A stretch of DNA of 63,103 nt, counting the filler, from Reclinomonas americana ATCC 50394 (taxonomy: Eukaryota): the NCBI GenBank assembly GCA_048213135.1. It is 6 parts of 4 records of this genome, joined end to end, with 100 filler letters (N's around TTAATTAATTAA, not from the genome) between each part and the next. Parts side by side here need not be neighbours in the genome. Positions count along the whole stretch, not along the records: positions 1 to 30,647 come from PS015184.1; positions 30,748 to 42,205 come from PS015186.1; 4 more parts are not named here. One strand, given 5' to 3'. Of the stretch, positions 26,194 to 38,400 are shown piece after piece. Positions within the stretch are counted from its first letter, which is position 1; every line of letters starts with the position of its first letter. The translations under genes were made by a program, and so were the position numbers. The notes beneath the pieces are model-generated. The model had not been told where the DNA came from, did no database searches, and saw nothing but the letters and a program-made list of their open reading frames with translations.

Positions 26194-27331
26194 CTACCAA
26201 AGCGCGCAACGCTCAATCACCTCTGCATCCTCCAGCACGAAACAACGCAGCACGACATCCACGAGAATCCAGTCACAGCCATCGCCATCATCTTCGGCAA
26301 GGAGCTCATCAACAGCCAGCACGGCTAATCGCGCGGCCGCAAGTTCCTGCCTGGCGAGCCCACGCGGAGTTGACCACACTCGGATCGTCCTGTCGCGACT
26401 CCCACTGACGATGAGGCCACCGTCGGGGGCGACGGCAATCGACGTCGCCCAATGGGCGTGTCCCTGTAACCGCTGCACTTCACCTCCACTCTCGAGTGAC
26501 CACACACGAACGGTCTTGTCAGCACTTCCGCTCACAACGTGCAGGCCACTGGGAGTGACGGTGACACATAAAACTTCGCCAGCGTGTCCCTCCAGCCGTC
26601 GCACCTCCTCACCACTCACCGCAGACCACACTCGCACCGTCATATCCGCCGACCCACTCACGATGTGACCACCATCGGGAGTGGTGGCGACAGACATCAC
26701 TCGATCTGTGTGTCCGTGTAATCGGCGCACCTCCTCTCCACTCTCCAGCGACCACACTCGCACTGTGTTGTCCACGCCCCCACTCACCACGTGTCGGTTG
26801 TCGGGAGTGACGGCGACCGCCAACACCACACTGCCGTGTCCCTCCAGTTGTCGTACTTCTGCTCCAGTCGCCAGTGACCACACCCGCACTGTGTTGTCCC
26901 AGCTCCCGCTGACAACGTGACGACTGTCCGGAGTGGCAGCCACAGAAAACACCACGCCAGAGTGACCCTCCAGCCGTCGAACCTCCTTCCCACTTGCCAG
27001 AGACCACACTTTCACGGTGTTGTCACCATTCCCACTCACCACGTGCTGACCGTCGGGAGTGACCGCCACAGACTGCACACCTCCAGTGTGTCCCTCCAAC
27101 CGCCGCACTTCCGCCCCACTAACCAGTGACCGCACTCGCACTGCCTCGGCGCCACAGCCGCTCACAATGTGCAGACCATCGGGGGTGATGGCGAGCGAGT
27201 ACACCGCGTAGGTGTAGCCGTCCAGGATCTGTGTGAAGCGCAGAAGGTGAGGCGACAAGGGCAGGTACACTCACGGATGCACAAGCACACGATGACCACG
27301 CAAGTGCGCATATTCACACCTTGGTTGCCAT
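26194..27331 (-). CDS. WD40-repeat protein, paralogue 3 (7 repeats + conserved tail)
   Basis: Exon 1 ATG GCA ACC AAG|GT (27331-27320, MATK). Exon 2 27228-26194 begins ILDGYTYAVYSLAITPDG and has seven repeats, then TPRGLARQELAAARLAVLAVDELL...WILVDVVLRCFVLEDAEV. Confidence 0.92.
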
Positions 27332-28643
27332 TCTCCGTGTGTGTGTGTGAGAGAGAGAGAAAGAGGGTATGTGTGTGCGTGCGTGCGCGCGTGTGTGCGT
27401 GTGCGTTACGAGAAGCAGCAGCGAGAGGCTGATTCATGAATTCATCCGACGGAATATCAACATCCTCTTTCTCTCTCGCGCGTGGTGTGCGCCTCGCGGT
27501 GCTGTCTGTGTCTCAGTGCCCCCTCTTTCTCCGCGTCCTCGTCGTGGTGCTCCCTTCTCAAACTGCAAAATGAGTGAGATGTTGCGGCATTGAAGGTGCA
27601 TGCATGCATGCATGCCAAGACTGTTCAACTCGACACGCCATGAGCGTCAACTCGCTCCGAGCCACGCACGCGAGTCGAGGCGGAGAGTCCAGCAACACAC
27701 GATTCACAAGGGAGCAACGAGGTATCCACCAGTTATCAGGGCACACACGCACGCGCGGGAAACGAGTGCGCAGGGCAAGTGCACTCCCTCCCCGTGGCGT
27801 GTGTAACGAGAACGGTGGCCCTCTGAATCGATGCTTGACGTGCTCAGCATGGACATGCAGTGCCAGTGTGAGGAGGGGAGGCGACCATGATGCCACTGGC
27901 CGCTGCTTCAAAGCCACAGGCTGGCGTCTCCGCCGCGTTCGAATGACAAGGCGACATGAGCTCGAGGGCACAAGGCTTGTGTATGTGGGTGGATGAGCGA
28001 GGACTCGCTCAATTCCGAGCAGCGCGTGTCTGTTCATTCCATGGTCTCACCTCAACCACACACCCACACCTCCTTCTTGGCATGCTCCACTGCACTGTGC
28101 TGCATCTTCTTTCTCGCGGCCTCGACTTGGCAATGCAACAAGGAAGCACCTGTGTGCACCAGGCGGTGTGGTGGCCAACATGACAGAGTTGCGCAGTGAC
28201 AGCAATCGGTCTTCGTACATTCATTGAGCTCACTCCGTTCNNNNNNNNNNNNNNNNNNNNNNNNNNNNNNNNNNNNNNNNNNNNNNNNNNNNNNNNNNNN
28301 NNNNNNNNNNNNNNNNNNNNNNNNNNNNNNNNNNNNNNNNNNNNNNNNNNNNNNNNNNNNNNNNNNNNNNNNNNNNNNNNNNNNNNNNNNNNNNNNNNNN
28401 NNNNNNNNNNNNNNNNNNNNNNNNNNNNNNNNNNNNNNNNNNNNNNNNNNNNNNNNNNNNNNNNNNNNNNNNNNNNNNNNNNNNNNNNNNNNNNNNNNNN
28501 NNNNNNNNNNNNNNNNNNNNNNNNNNNNNNNNNNNNNNNNNNNNNNNNNNNNNNNNNNNNNNNNNNNNNNNNTGGTGGGAAGGGCACACACACACAGAGA
28601 GAGAGAGAGAGAAGCAGACACACACACGCGCGTGTGAGCGCAC

Positions 28644-28655
28644 CTTGGTTGCCAT
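28644..28655 (-). other. Fourth MATK micro-exon (ATGGCAACCAAG|GTGCGC) with no visible WD40 body
   Basis: Coding 12-mer identical to exon 1 of paralogue 3, followed by a GT donor and intron-like simple sequence that runs into the N gap at 28241-28572. Confidence 0.6.
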
Positions 28656-30691
28656 TGGATAAAGAGGAAGGCTAAATGCCTCTTGTGTCGTCTCTCTTGA
28701 TAGGTTCGCTTCTGTTGACTTTCTCTCTTCGGATAGCAAGGCACCTGGTTGGTACGGTGGCAAACGAAGAGTCTGTTGCTTCTCGCGTGTGTGTGTGTGT
28801 GTGTGTGTGTGTGATTTGCTCGCTCCGGATTGTCACTGTTTCCCGCCTTTCTTCTCCCGCCTTGCTCCGAGATGTCGCTCATCCCTCGCCAGGCTGCAGC
28901 CAGCACCCCACATAGCATATGGTAGTGTGGGCGACGTGACTCCGATGATGCGTGTGGGCTTTCGATGACCGACATGGGACTTGGGAAATCGGCAGAATGG
29001 ACAAGGGTGGTGGCTCGAGGTGGCGCTCCACTGCATCGCGATGCTGACCAGCGACACTCCCTTTTGACTGGCCTGCATTCTCTATCAACGAGGACTGGCA
29101 TGTCGTGCTGCTTGGATACGCAGTTGTGGTCCAGCTGTGCTGGTGCTACTGCATTCCCGAGAATCCAAGTCATGGATACCTCACCCCGTCTTGGATCGAT
29201 CCACAGCAAGGTTAACGAGGGCACGATGAAGAAAGAGAGCCACAAGGGACGGGAGAGAAGCGACCAGCACAGCAGCACAGCGATGGAAGAGGCAGCTGTG
29301 TTGTGTGTAGCCTCCCCTTCACCCAAATCACAATCAATGCCTCGTGACTTCAATCACACTCACATTCGGTCGATAAATCGTCTCATGCAGGCACTGTGAA
29401 GCACGGAACCACGTGTCTTCGCATGCCAATCACTTGCCAGCACGCTTGTGTTACGATCACACATAGAACCGAGTCAGTCTGTCTCCCAACATGTTCCTCG
29501 AGCTCAACGCAGATGCAGAACACGCACGCACTGTGTTGCAGGCCGAGTATGCGTCTAAAGTCACCCATGGCCATCACCATCATTACTTGGCGGCGACAGC
29601 AGCAACCAGCGTGCGCACATCATCGATCCGCTTCAACTTGCCAGTCGGGGTTGAAAAACGATCCACCGACCAGGCCATCCATCGCACATCACGACACGCA
29701 TGCGTACACCCACTAATCCACGCTCTCCATAGCATGTGCGGCCTGCACGAATGAGGTGAGTGGGAGGGAAGGAGGAAAGAGAGATCACGCCGAACAAGGT
29801 CACACAACTGCTGAGTGCATGGTGGGATGCAAGTGGGGAGCCGAGTGAGTGAGGTGACAGCCGGCAACAGGCGATGCACAACACGCCTGCAATCATTACG
29901 GAACAACAAGGGGGACCTGCACCTAAGGTATCTGCATGTCGGTACACTGTGAGCGAAAGAAATGAGGAAGGAGAGAGATATCTGCTCTGTCTCGCTGACA
30001 AACACACCGATCAGCACCTGATGCCAACACGCGATTGTCAAGAAGCAAGCCAAGCGGACGCTCACACAACCATCCTTCAATAGGGGGAGAGCGGAGTCAG
30101 TCTGCAGTCATGTCACCTCACACACTTCGGTGTCGAGATGCTCACCATGATGGACTGACCAACTCGACGGCAGAATGGCAGTCGGAAAACGGTGAGCAGA
30201 CCAGCATGCTCGGCCTCGAGCTTGTGCGGCAAGGAGGGGTGGATGGCTGGGGAAGCAGATAAGCGCACAAAGGAGGGAGACGGTGGAGAAAGAGAGAGAC
30301 TCTGCAAGGGAGAAAAAAGGGGAGAGCTGAATGACAGGCATTTTTCAGAACCGGAAAGAGAATGCCCACGGCGCACAGGCACAATGGGAAGCAGAGCAGT
30401 GGCGCCAAGGAGGTATGGGCAGAACAAGACGCGAGGAAATAGACAACGGCGACTCGCTCTCCTGAGGCACATACATGCACGACTCGCGGGGTACGCACAA
30501 CAGACATCACAACGAGGGGAAAAGAAATTACAGACTCCCAAGTGATTCATCGAGCTTGCACACAAAATGGAGGTGAGAAAGAGGCACGCACACAGAGAGA
30601 GACTTGCTTCACGACCACCCACTCTCATTCACATGACAGGACAACACNNNNNNNNNNNNNNNNNNNNNNNNNNNNNNNNNNNNNNNNNNNN

Positions 30692-30703
30692 TTAATTAAT
30701 TAA
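30692..30703. other. Assembly linker TTAATTAATTAA (six-frame stop spacer) within Ns
   Basis: Identical 12-mer flanked by 44 Ns on each side; occurs five times in the window. Confidence 0.95.
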
Positions 30704-30747
30704 NNNNNNNNNNNNNNNNNNNNNNNNNNNNNNNNNNNNNNNNNNNN

Positions 30748-31275
30748 GCTGTGCTCGTTGTCTCTCGCTGTGCTCGTTGTCTCTCGCCGAGCTCCATGTC
30801 TCTCGCTGTGCTCCATGTCTCTCGCTGTGCTCCCTGTCTCTCGCTGTACTCCTTGTCTCTCGCTGTACACCTTGTCTCTGACTGCGCTCCATGTCTCTCG
30901 CTGTGCTCCCTGTCTCTCGCTGTGCTCGTAGTCTCTCGCTGTGCTCCCTGTCTCTCGCTGTGCTCCTTGTCTCTCGCTGTGCTCCTTGTCTCTCGCTGTG
31001 CTCCTTGTCTCTCGCTGTGCTCCTTGTCTCTCGCTGTGCTCCTTGTCTCTCGCTGTGCTCGTTGTCTCTCGCTGTGCTCGTTGTCTCTCGCGTGCTCCAT
31101 GTCTCTCTCGCTGTGCTCGTTGTCTCTCACTATGCTCCTTGCTCGCTGTGCTCCATGTCTCTCGCTGTGCTCCATGTCTCTCGCTGTGCTCCTTTTCTCT
31201 CGCTGTGCTCTCTGTCTCTCACTGTGCTCCATGTCTCTCGCTACCCTCCTTGCCTCTCGCCGTGCTCCTTTGTCT
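30748..31275 (+). repeat. 19-bp minisatellite (CTCGCTGTGCTCCTTGTCT)n, intronic
   Basis: More than 20 tandem units directly upstream of the polypyrimidine tract and acceptor at 31361. Confidence 0.92.
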
Positions 31276-31361
31276 CTCTTGTCTCTCTCTTCTCTCTCTC
31301 TCTCTCTCTCTCCCTCTCTCCCTTGCCCCCTTTCTCATCCCTCTCCCCCATCCTCGTGCAG

Positions 31362-32665
31362 GTCCGCGACGTCAAAATCATGCACGACCCCAACTCTGGC
31401 AAGAGCCGCTGCTTTGCCTTTGTGCGCATGGGTGACGGTGTGTGACTGCCATTCAATTCTCCTCCTATCCAGCACCCCCAACCTCATCTCCGCCCCCCTC
31501 CAGAGAATTCCTACGAGACCTCCCTGCGCTACTTGAATAACCAGCGCATCAGCACCGGTGTGGTCCTCATTGTGCAAAAGGTTCGTCTCTCACCCGCCGC
31601 TCACAGCCAGGCATGCATCTCACCCGTGGCTACCATGCACAGGCTCGTCGAGGACGCGAGCGAACCCCCACGCCCGGCCAATATCGCGGACCGCCAAAGC
31701 GTACGTGCATCTTTTTTCTTCTGCAATCTTCTGCTTGCGAATCTCACCTATTTCTTTTGATTGGCGCAGCGGGCGATCGCCACAGCCGCAATGGGCCTCC
31801 ATCATATCGTGGCGGCCGCTCACCTCCTCGCGGTGGCCGCTCGCCTCCTCGCCACCGTTCGCCTCCTCCCGTGTCGCACGGACATCATCACCACTCGTCG
31901 TCGTCGTCGAGCCGACATGGTTTGTTGCCATTTTCATGCGGTGTCTTGGGACTTTCTCTTTCGAGCTCGCTTCTCCTATCGTTGGCACTCGCTTCTCGAA
32001 TGTTCATGTGTGTTTGCTCGCAGTCCTGCTGTGGAATTTTAGTCTCAGCCATTCTCTCTTTTTTTTCACGTGCCTCTCCCGCGTTCTCGCACGCACAATT
32101 GTTCTCTCTCCTCGTCTCTCTCTGCCTCTCCTTCCTCGTCCCTCGTGCATGCATCTCTCACCGCTCTCTACACTCTGGATTACTTTTCTTCTCTCACCTG
32201 CACACGTTCATCCTCTCCTCTCTCGTTTCTCCCAGTGTCTCTTCAACTATTCGTATCTCTCCTCCGCTCTGCTCTGTCCTCCTTCGCCATTTCCCCCTTG
32301 CGTCTCACTCGCACGCCACACAGGTGCCCCGGACTCGCATCACGACGACAGGTAACTCGCAAGACTCTCCCCCCCATTTATCCCCCTCTCTTCTCTCTCC
32401 TTCTCACCTCTTGCTGACAGACACCACGGCCACTCGCGTCGCCGCTCGCGCTCCCCACCTCCGGCCTCCTCGCACCGACATCACGAAGACGATCGTCGCG
32501 AGCACTCTGGCTACCGACGTGGGTACGAGGATTCGCGTCGCGAACGTTACGATCCGTATCGCGGGTGCGTCATACGAATTCTCTTTGTTGTTGTTGGCTG
32601 TTCTTGCCGGTTTTCACTCATCCGCTATTAACAGAAGCCGAGACCACTACGAACGCCGTCGTTGA
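31362..32665 (+). CDS. Transformer-2/SR45a-like RRM + RS-domain splicing factor (5' part missing)
   Basis: Exons VRDVKIMHDPNSGKSRCFAFVRM (RNP1), ENSYETSLRYLNNQRISTGVVLIVQK and ARRGRERTPTPGQYRG (the post-RRM RTPTPGxY motif of Tra2/SR45a). RSP/His-rich exons follow, ending SRDHYERRR*. Confidence 0.85.
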
Positions 32666-33749
32666 AGCGTCATGACCACTCGCAGCCTCCACTCCCAATC
32701 CGCCACTGATTTCTCCTGTGCCTCTATGCGTCCCAACAAGTACATGAAGCATCATCATCATCATCATCATCGTCATCATCGTCGTCAGCAACAGCAGCGA
32801 CAGCAGCGACAGCAGCGACAGCCACATCATCATCTCGACGACTTGACCTGCTTGCACTCTCTCCTCTGCACATGGTTCCACTGCATTGCCATCGTTCGTC
32901 CACGTCAGTCCATCATCTGCAGCACTGCTCGCTGTGTTGCGATTGCAGCGCGCATTGGTCGTCCACTACAATTGCGATCGTGCGGGCGGCCGTCGCGGAG
33001 ATATTAGCACGTACAATCAACAACACCAGCACATCCACAACAGCTAACTGCGTGAGCAGAACAGCATCAGCGGTTGCCTTTGCGGCGATCGAGCTCGACA
33101 GCGCCACATTCCACGACATCAGATGCTGCAGCGATGCAGCCCCGGAGTCCATCGTCGCTATGGTGATGGAGGTCGAATCAGCGTCAGCCAAGAACCACGA
33201 CATCAGCTGCTTCTTCAATACGGGTCGTGGAGTTTGTTGGCGCCTGTGTACTGAGCTCGGCAGCAGCGGCAGTCGAGAATCAGTCGAGAATCACGACATC
33301 AACTGCGTCGGTGCCTGCAGCAGCACCCTTAGCAACTTTATCCATGTGTATCAAGACGCCACCTCTGGCTCTGCCCGTGGACGAGAACTGTGGAGCAACG
33401 CAGGTGATCGCCTAACTGCGCTTGTGCCACACTGCGAGACCCGGAAACTGACAGTATCGCGATTTCGACAGTGTTATCATACAAGTTGCCGACGTATGCG
33501 GACAGGCATTGGTCGTATTTGTGTCTGATCATTATATTGCTTCGATGTTGTGGTGCGTTGTGGGAGTCGCACTCTTTCTTGCGTCGCACTGAACTGTTCG
33601 GCACGGGTGTATAGAGGGGGACGAACTGGGGGACGCCTCTCTCTTGCCAATTGGCGCGAGAAACGCGCAATTCACCTTTCTCTTCGTTCGGCTGTGCTCT
33701 CACACGCATACCTCACTCCTTCGCTCCGTCACTCCCTTCCTCCCTCACC

Positions 33750-34523
33750 ATGAGCGTCACTTTTGTGATCGTCTACTTGGTCATTGTGGCCGTGACGCTG
33801 GTCACGGTGATGATTCCGTTTCTTGTTCTTGTTCTCGACGGTGGTCGTCTTCGTCTTCTCGCCGCCGAAGGGCATCACACGATCAGCTCGTACTGCAGTA
33901 ACCCTACACGCTACGGCAATCGGTTCTTGCTGACAGTTACATGCATCATCGGCGGTGGCCTTTGTTGCCTGCTTGTGGAGGAATACAACTCCCGCAGTGA
34001 CAACGACTGGCGCTTTTGGTTTGAGATGGTTACCAGCGCCACGTTGCCGTTGGTGGGCCTCTTCTACACCAAGGGGTCCAGCTTGCAACCCCTGCAATAC
34101 TACGACTGTGGGTTCTGGCACTTCCCCATCGCCCTCAGTCAAGCAATTCACATGGGTGCGGCGATCTCGTTTTTCTTTGTGCACGCAATCTTTAACCTGT
34201 GGTACTCTGCGGGATTGTCGGAGAAAGATGAGTGGCGACCCATGTTTGTCGCACTTGCCAGCCTTGCAGTCGTGTTTCTCGGTGTGTTTGCTCTCGCTCA
34301 ACTTGTGATTCACTTCTTGTACGACCCGATCTCTGGGTGCTGCACCATCGCTCCTCGACCTGCTTTGCTTCCTGTGAACGCTCCTGCTCCTGCTCCCACC
34401 CGGCCGCAGCTGACTGTGTACCTCACAAGCTTCTTGAGCGAGCTTTTGTTGGTGATTTTTATCGTGCTGGTCTCCACGCTGGCCACCATCAAGCGCAACA
34501 ACAACATTCACTGGTTTCAGTGA
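33750..34523 (+). CDS. Single-exon ~6-TM membrane protein, Frag1/DRAM/Sfk1-like
   Basis: MSVTFVIVYLVIVAV... with about six hydrophobic segments. TISSY follows TM1 and IHMGAAISFF lies in TM4, resembling the IS and HxxGAxxFF motifs of the Frag1/DRAM family. Confidence 0.7.
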   Translation: MSVTFVIVYLVIVAVTLVTVMIPFLVLVLDGGRLRLLAAEGHHTISSYCSNPTRYGNRFLLTVTCIIGGGLCCLLVEEYNSRSDNDWRFWFEMVTSATLPLVGLFYTKGSSLQPLQYYDCGFWHFPIALSQAIHMGAAISFFFVHAIFNLWYSAGLSEKDEWRPMFVALASLAVVFLGVFALAQLVIHFLYDPISGCCTIAPRPALLPVNAPAPAPTRPQLTVYLTSFLSELLLVIFIVLVSTLATIKRNNNIHWFQ

Positions 34524-34905
34524 GGGCGCACGCAGAGGGGGCACACCCAACAGCACACATTGTTTGTATTCGATGCAGTAGTGTATATACGCGTGCTTGG
34601 GGATCCAACCTCTGTGGCTGTGCATGTAGTTTATCGATCGCGAGGACAAGAGTGATTTTTGGTTGCTGGCAGACCTTGACATTCGCCAGGAGAGCACTGA
34701 CGACTTGTCGATCACTGGTTGCTGCTCATTGTTGTGTTCGGATTACCGGAAAGTTGCTATTGTATCGGGCAGTCCACGACGTTGACTTCGAATGCACAGC
34801 GCCACACCCGTTCACATTTTTCTCCTGGCCTGAGCTGCATACAATGCCACGAGAGGTCTCCGTTTGCAGGGCACAGCGGACAACTCGTTTCGATTCCGAA
34901 CAAAC

Positions 34906-35425
34906 ATGCAAGGAGCCATCCTCTTCCCCTCTCTCCTCCTCCTCCTCCTCTGTCTCTCCTCGCCCACCCTCGCCCTCTCACCCGTGCGCATAGTCACACA
35001 GAGTGACCGCATTGTGCTGGAGAATGGCTTTGTCTCGGTCGCCTTTTGTCGCCTCCAACCGGGCGTGTGTGCTGTGCGCGGGGATGTGACTGGCGGAGGC
35101 GCGTATGGTCCACTGGTGACGGTGGCGCAGGCGGAGAGTGATCCATTGGGATTGAATCGTGTGGGAGTGGTGTTGGAGAGGGTGTCGGCGGAGGGGTGAG
35201 TGGGAGGGGATGAGAAAGGGGGAAGAGAGACAAGGAGAGTGCATTGAGAGAGGAGAGAGAGAGAGAGAGTGAGGGAGAATGAGAGTCGGGGGGAAGGCAT
35301 TGAGAAGGGAGAGAGAATGAGGAGCATGCATTGAGAGATGGAGAAAGAGTGTGTGTGAGAGAGAAGGAGAAGAGACTGGGAGGAAGAGGAAGAGATAAGG
35401 ACGGCAAACAATAAGAGGAGGAAGA

Positions 35426-35457
<32 letters not shown>

Positions 35458-38400
35458 CAGAGGCAGAGAGAGAGAGACAGAGGCAGACAGACAGAGATAG
35501 AGAGAGACAGAGAAGCTCGCCTGAGAATGTGATGGCGTGCTCTGAGGTGTGAGAGAGAGAGGATAGAGACGGAGAAGCTCAGCTGACTTCCTGAGACTGT
35601 GTAAACTGAGCAAGCTGTGCAGGTATTACCCCATCACACATGCTTCGTCTCGCGCCGCCGGATCCAACTTTGGTTACAACATCGAGGTCAACAACGGCGC
35701 CTTGGCTCGGTTCGGCGTTGCAGTTGCACTGTTTCCCCCTTTTTGTTCACATTCGTGACCCGTGAATGCCCGGCAGCGTTCGTTTCTTTGGTGTGGTCGA
35801 CGATGCCACGAACCCGGTGGTGACTTCGGAGTGGACGCTGTCGCTAGCGCAGGGCGAACGCTACTTTGATGTCAAGGTGTTTCACACAGCTTTCTCCGAG
35901 TCTGACGCATGTGCAAAGAGCTCACGCACCATTGCGCAGGTCATCGCCACCGCTCTTGTGAGGCAAATGACGGTGCAGCACATCGCACACACTCTGCCAC
36001 CCTCTGTCGTCACCCTCACTTGAGTCATGCAGGTCGCCGTCATGGTGTCCATCTACACGCCCAACCCATCGGCTTACGCCTTCTTCAACCGCGGACCGAT
36101 GCAGAGCATGGCGGGCGACAAGCCCTTTTTCGCCTCGCGCGACTCGCTGCAGCGATTCTACTCGCTCGACGCCAATGTCCAGCGCAGCGGCTGTGCGGAA
36201 ATCGTGGATGCGTTCGGCCAGTCGTCCACGGTGTTGATGACGCAGGTGAGAGTGGCGGGGGAGGCGTGGAAAGGATTAGGGTTGGGTGCTGAATCAATCT
36301 TCTGCAGCCGGCGGATCGCTGGTATGGCAGCGGAGTGCAGCTGGTGATGCTCGGCTTGTTCGGGAGCGGCTACGATACGTGGGCGACGGGATGGGTGCGT
36401 TGCGGTGGTTATTCTAGATCTGTACGCTCAGTCGCTCTGCACGCTCAGTCGCTCTGCACGCTCAGTTCGCTCTACACGCTCAGTTCGCTACACGCTCAGT
36501 TCGCTACACGCTCAGTTCGCTACACGCTCAGTTCGCTACACGCTCAGTTCGCCACACGCTCAGTTCGCTACACGCTCAGTTCGCTACTCGCTCAGTTCGC
36601 TCTGCACGCTCAATTCGCTCTGCACGCTCAGTTCGCTCTGTACGCTCAGTCCGCTCTGCACGCTCAGTCCGCTCTGCACGCTCAGTCCGCTCTGCACGCT
36701 CAGTTCGCTCTACACGCTCTATTCGCTCTGCACGTTCAGCCTCTCCTCTCACTTCTCCTTTCCCATCTTCTTCTCCCCCCTTCGCCTCTTTTCCCCTTAC
36801 CCCTCCCCCCTTTTTTTTCCTTCCCCCCCCTTCACCAGTACGGCTCCTCCAATTCCACAATGAACGCCAACGACTCCTGGAGCGTCTCCTTCCGCTACTA
36901 CGCCTCCGATCGACCGCTGCCGGCCTCTCGTCTCCCCTCGTACGCCGACGCAGTGAGCGCGGCGCCACTCACCGACGAGATGCAAGCCATGTACACGGCG
37001 ATTTACGGCTCGCCCGCCGGTGCACTCGTCACTTACCAAGTGCCGCCGGCCCGAGTGTCGCCCACCATTGCCACGCCGGATCACGGGTACTCGGGACTGT
37101 ACAATTTCTTTGTTGCGGAACTGGGCACGTCGTCTTCCCGTTCTTGTGGAAATCACTGACCATCATGCAGGATCCCGACTCCTTCTTTGCCGTCTCCGCT
37201 CTGCTGTATGCCGACGACGAGTATCTCTCGGCGCAAGCCAGAGGCGTTCTGGAGACCAGCATTAGCGGGCAGCTGTCGAGTGGCCAGCTTCCTCATGTTT
37301 CGTCGCCCTCCGTCGCATCTTTGCCTCTCATCATCTTGTCATTTTGTCGTGTTCTTCTCGTTGGTGCTGTTCTCTCCATCTTGTTCCTCGTCTTTGTTTT
37401 CATTCTGCATTCATTTGCTCTGTGTTGTTGTGAAGCGTTGTTGTCTTTTCTTCTCTGCTATTCCCGCTCCGTTTCTTCGCCTCCTTTTCTTCCCGTTCTT
37501 CGATTCTTGTTATTGTTTTCTCCCTTTCCTCTCTCTTCTCTCGTTTTCTGCATTATGTTCTTCTCGTTGCTGTTGTTCTCCTCGTTATTCCCGTCTTTAT
37601 TCTCATCCTGTATTCGTTTGCTCTGTGTTGTTTTGTTGCTCGTTCTCTTCTTTTCTTCTCTTGCCTCCCTCTCCTTCTCCTCCTTCTTCTCTTACTTCTT
37701 CCCTGTCTTGCCACCTTCGCCCTGCTCTTGGCTGTCTGCTCCATATTTTCCTTATTCATTGTTCGTCGTCGTGCTCCTCCTCCTCCTCCTCCTCTTCTCT
37801 TCACCGTCATCTTCTTCGTCTCCTTCCTCAGCCTTTTTTCACTCTCGCCCCCTGCTCACTGCTTTCTCCTCCTCTTCATATTGTTGTTGTTATGGTTGTT
37901 CCATTACTCCTGTTTCCCACTTCACACCTTCATGACTGTCTCCTTCGTCATGGTGTTCCATCCCTCCCTTCCTCCTTTTTAGCTCTGTGCTGTCCTTCTG
38001 TCATCTCCCCCTCCTCCTTCTCCTCTCCTTCTCCTCTCCTTCTCCTCTCCTTCTCCTCCTCCTCCGCATTGTCCTTTTCTCCTCTTTTCGCCTTCTCTCG
38101 TCTTTCTGTTCTTCTGCTTGCTTTCTCCTCCATTGTCATCATTTGTACTTCGTCTTCCTCACTCCTCCTTCCCCTCTTCCTCCTATCCCTCTCGCAGCAC
38201 TTTGAGGGCACAAACCCCGTATACACGGCTCTGTCGGGCGCCACACAAACCGGACCCAACCTCTTCTGGTCCTCCGCCGCCCTCCTCTACGCTCGCGAAA
38301 CCGGCGACATGCCGTGGTTGCGCTCGCACATCTCCGCCATCGATCGCGCCACCGACTTTGTGCTGCGCAACACCGATCGCCTCTCCGGACTGGTGCGTCC

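Noticed and set aside
30692-30703. Perfect palindrome TTAATTAATTAA recurring five times
   Set aside because: Always centred in 44+44 Ns; an artificial spacer, not a TTAA transposon target or regulatory site.
30696-31536. ORFs with SLAVL/RCAPC/EHSER repeats, and a possible CRISPR-like array
   Set aside because: These are translations of a spacer-less intronic minisatellite; there are no unique spacers or cas genes, and the context is eukaryotic.
32745-32835. Poly-His/Gln ORF (MKHHHHHHH...QQQ)
   Set aside because: CAT/CAG microsatellite downstream of the Tra2-like stop; probably 3' UTR.
32872-33528. 218-aa ORF with a thrice-repeated CACGACATC motif
   Set aside because: No recognisable domain or splice structure; cannot be supported as coding.
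37297-38197. Long hydrophobic Leu/Phe/Ser ORFs resembling membrane proteins
   Set aside because: Pyrimidine-rich intron of the glycosidase gene (GQLPH|HFEG joins across it).
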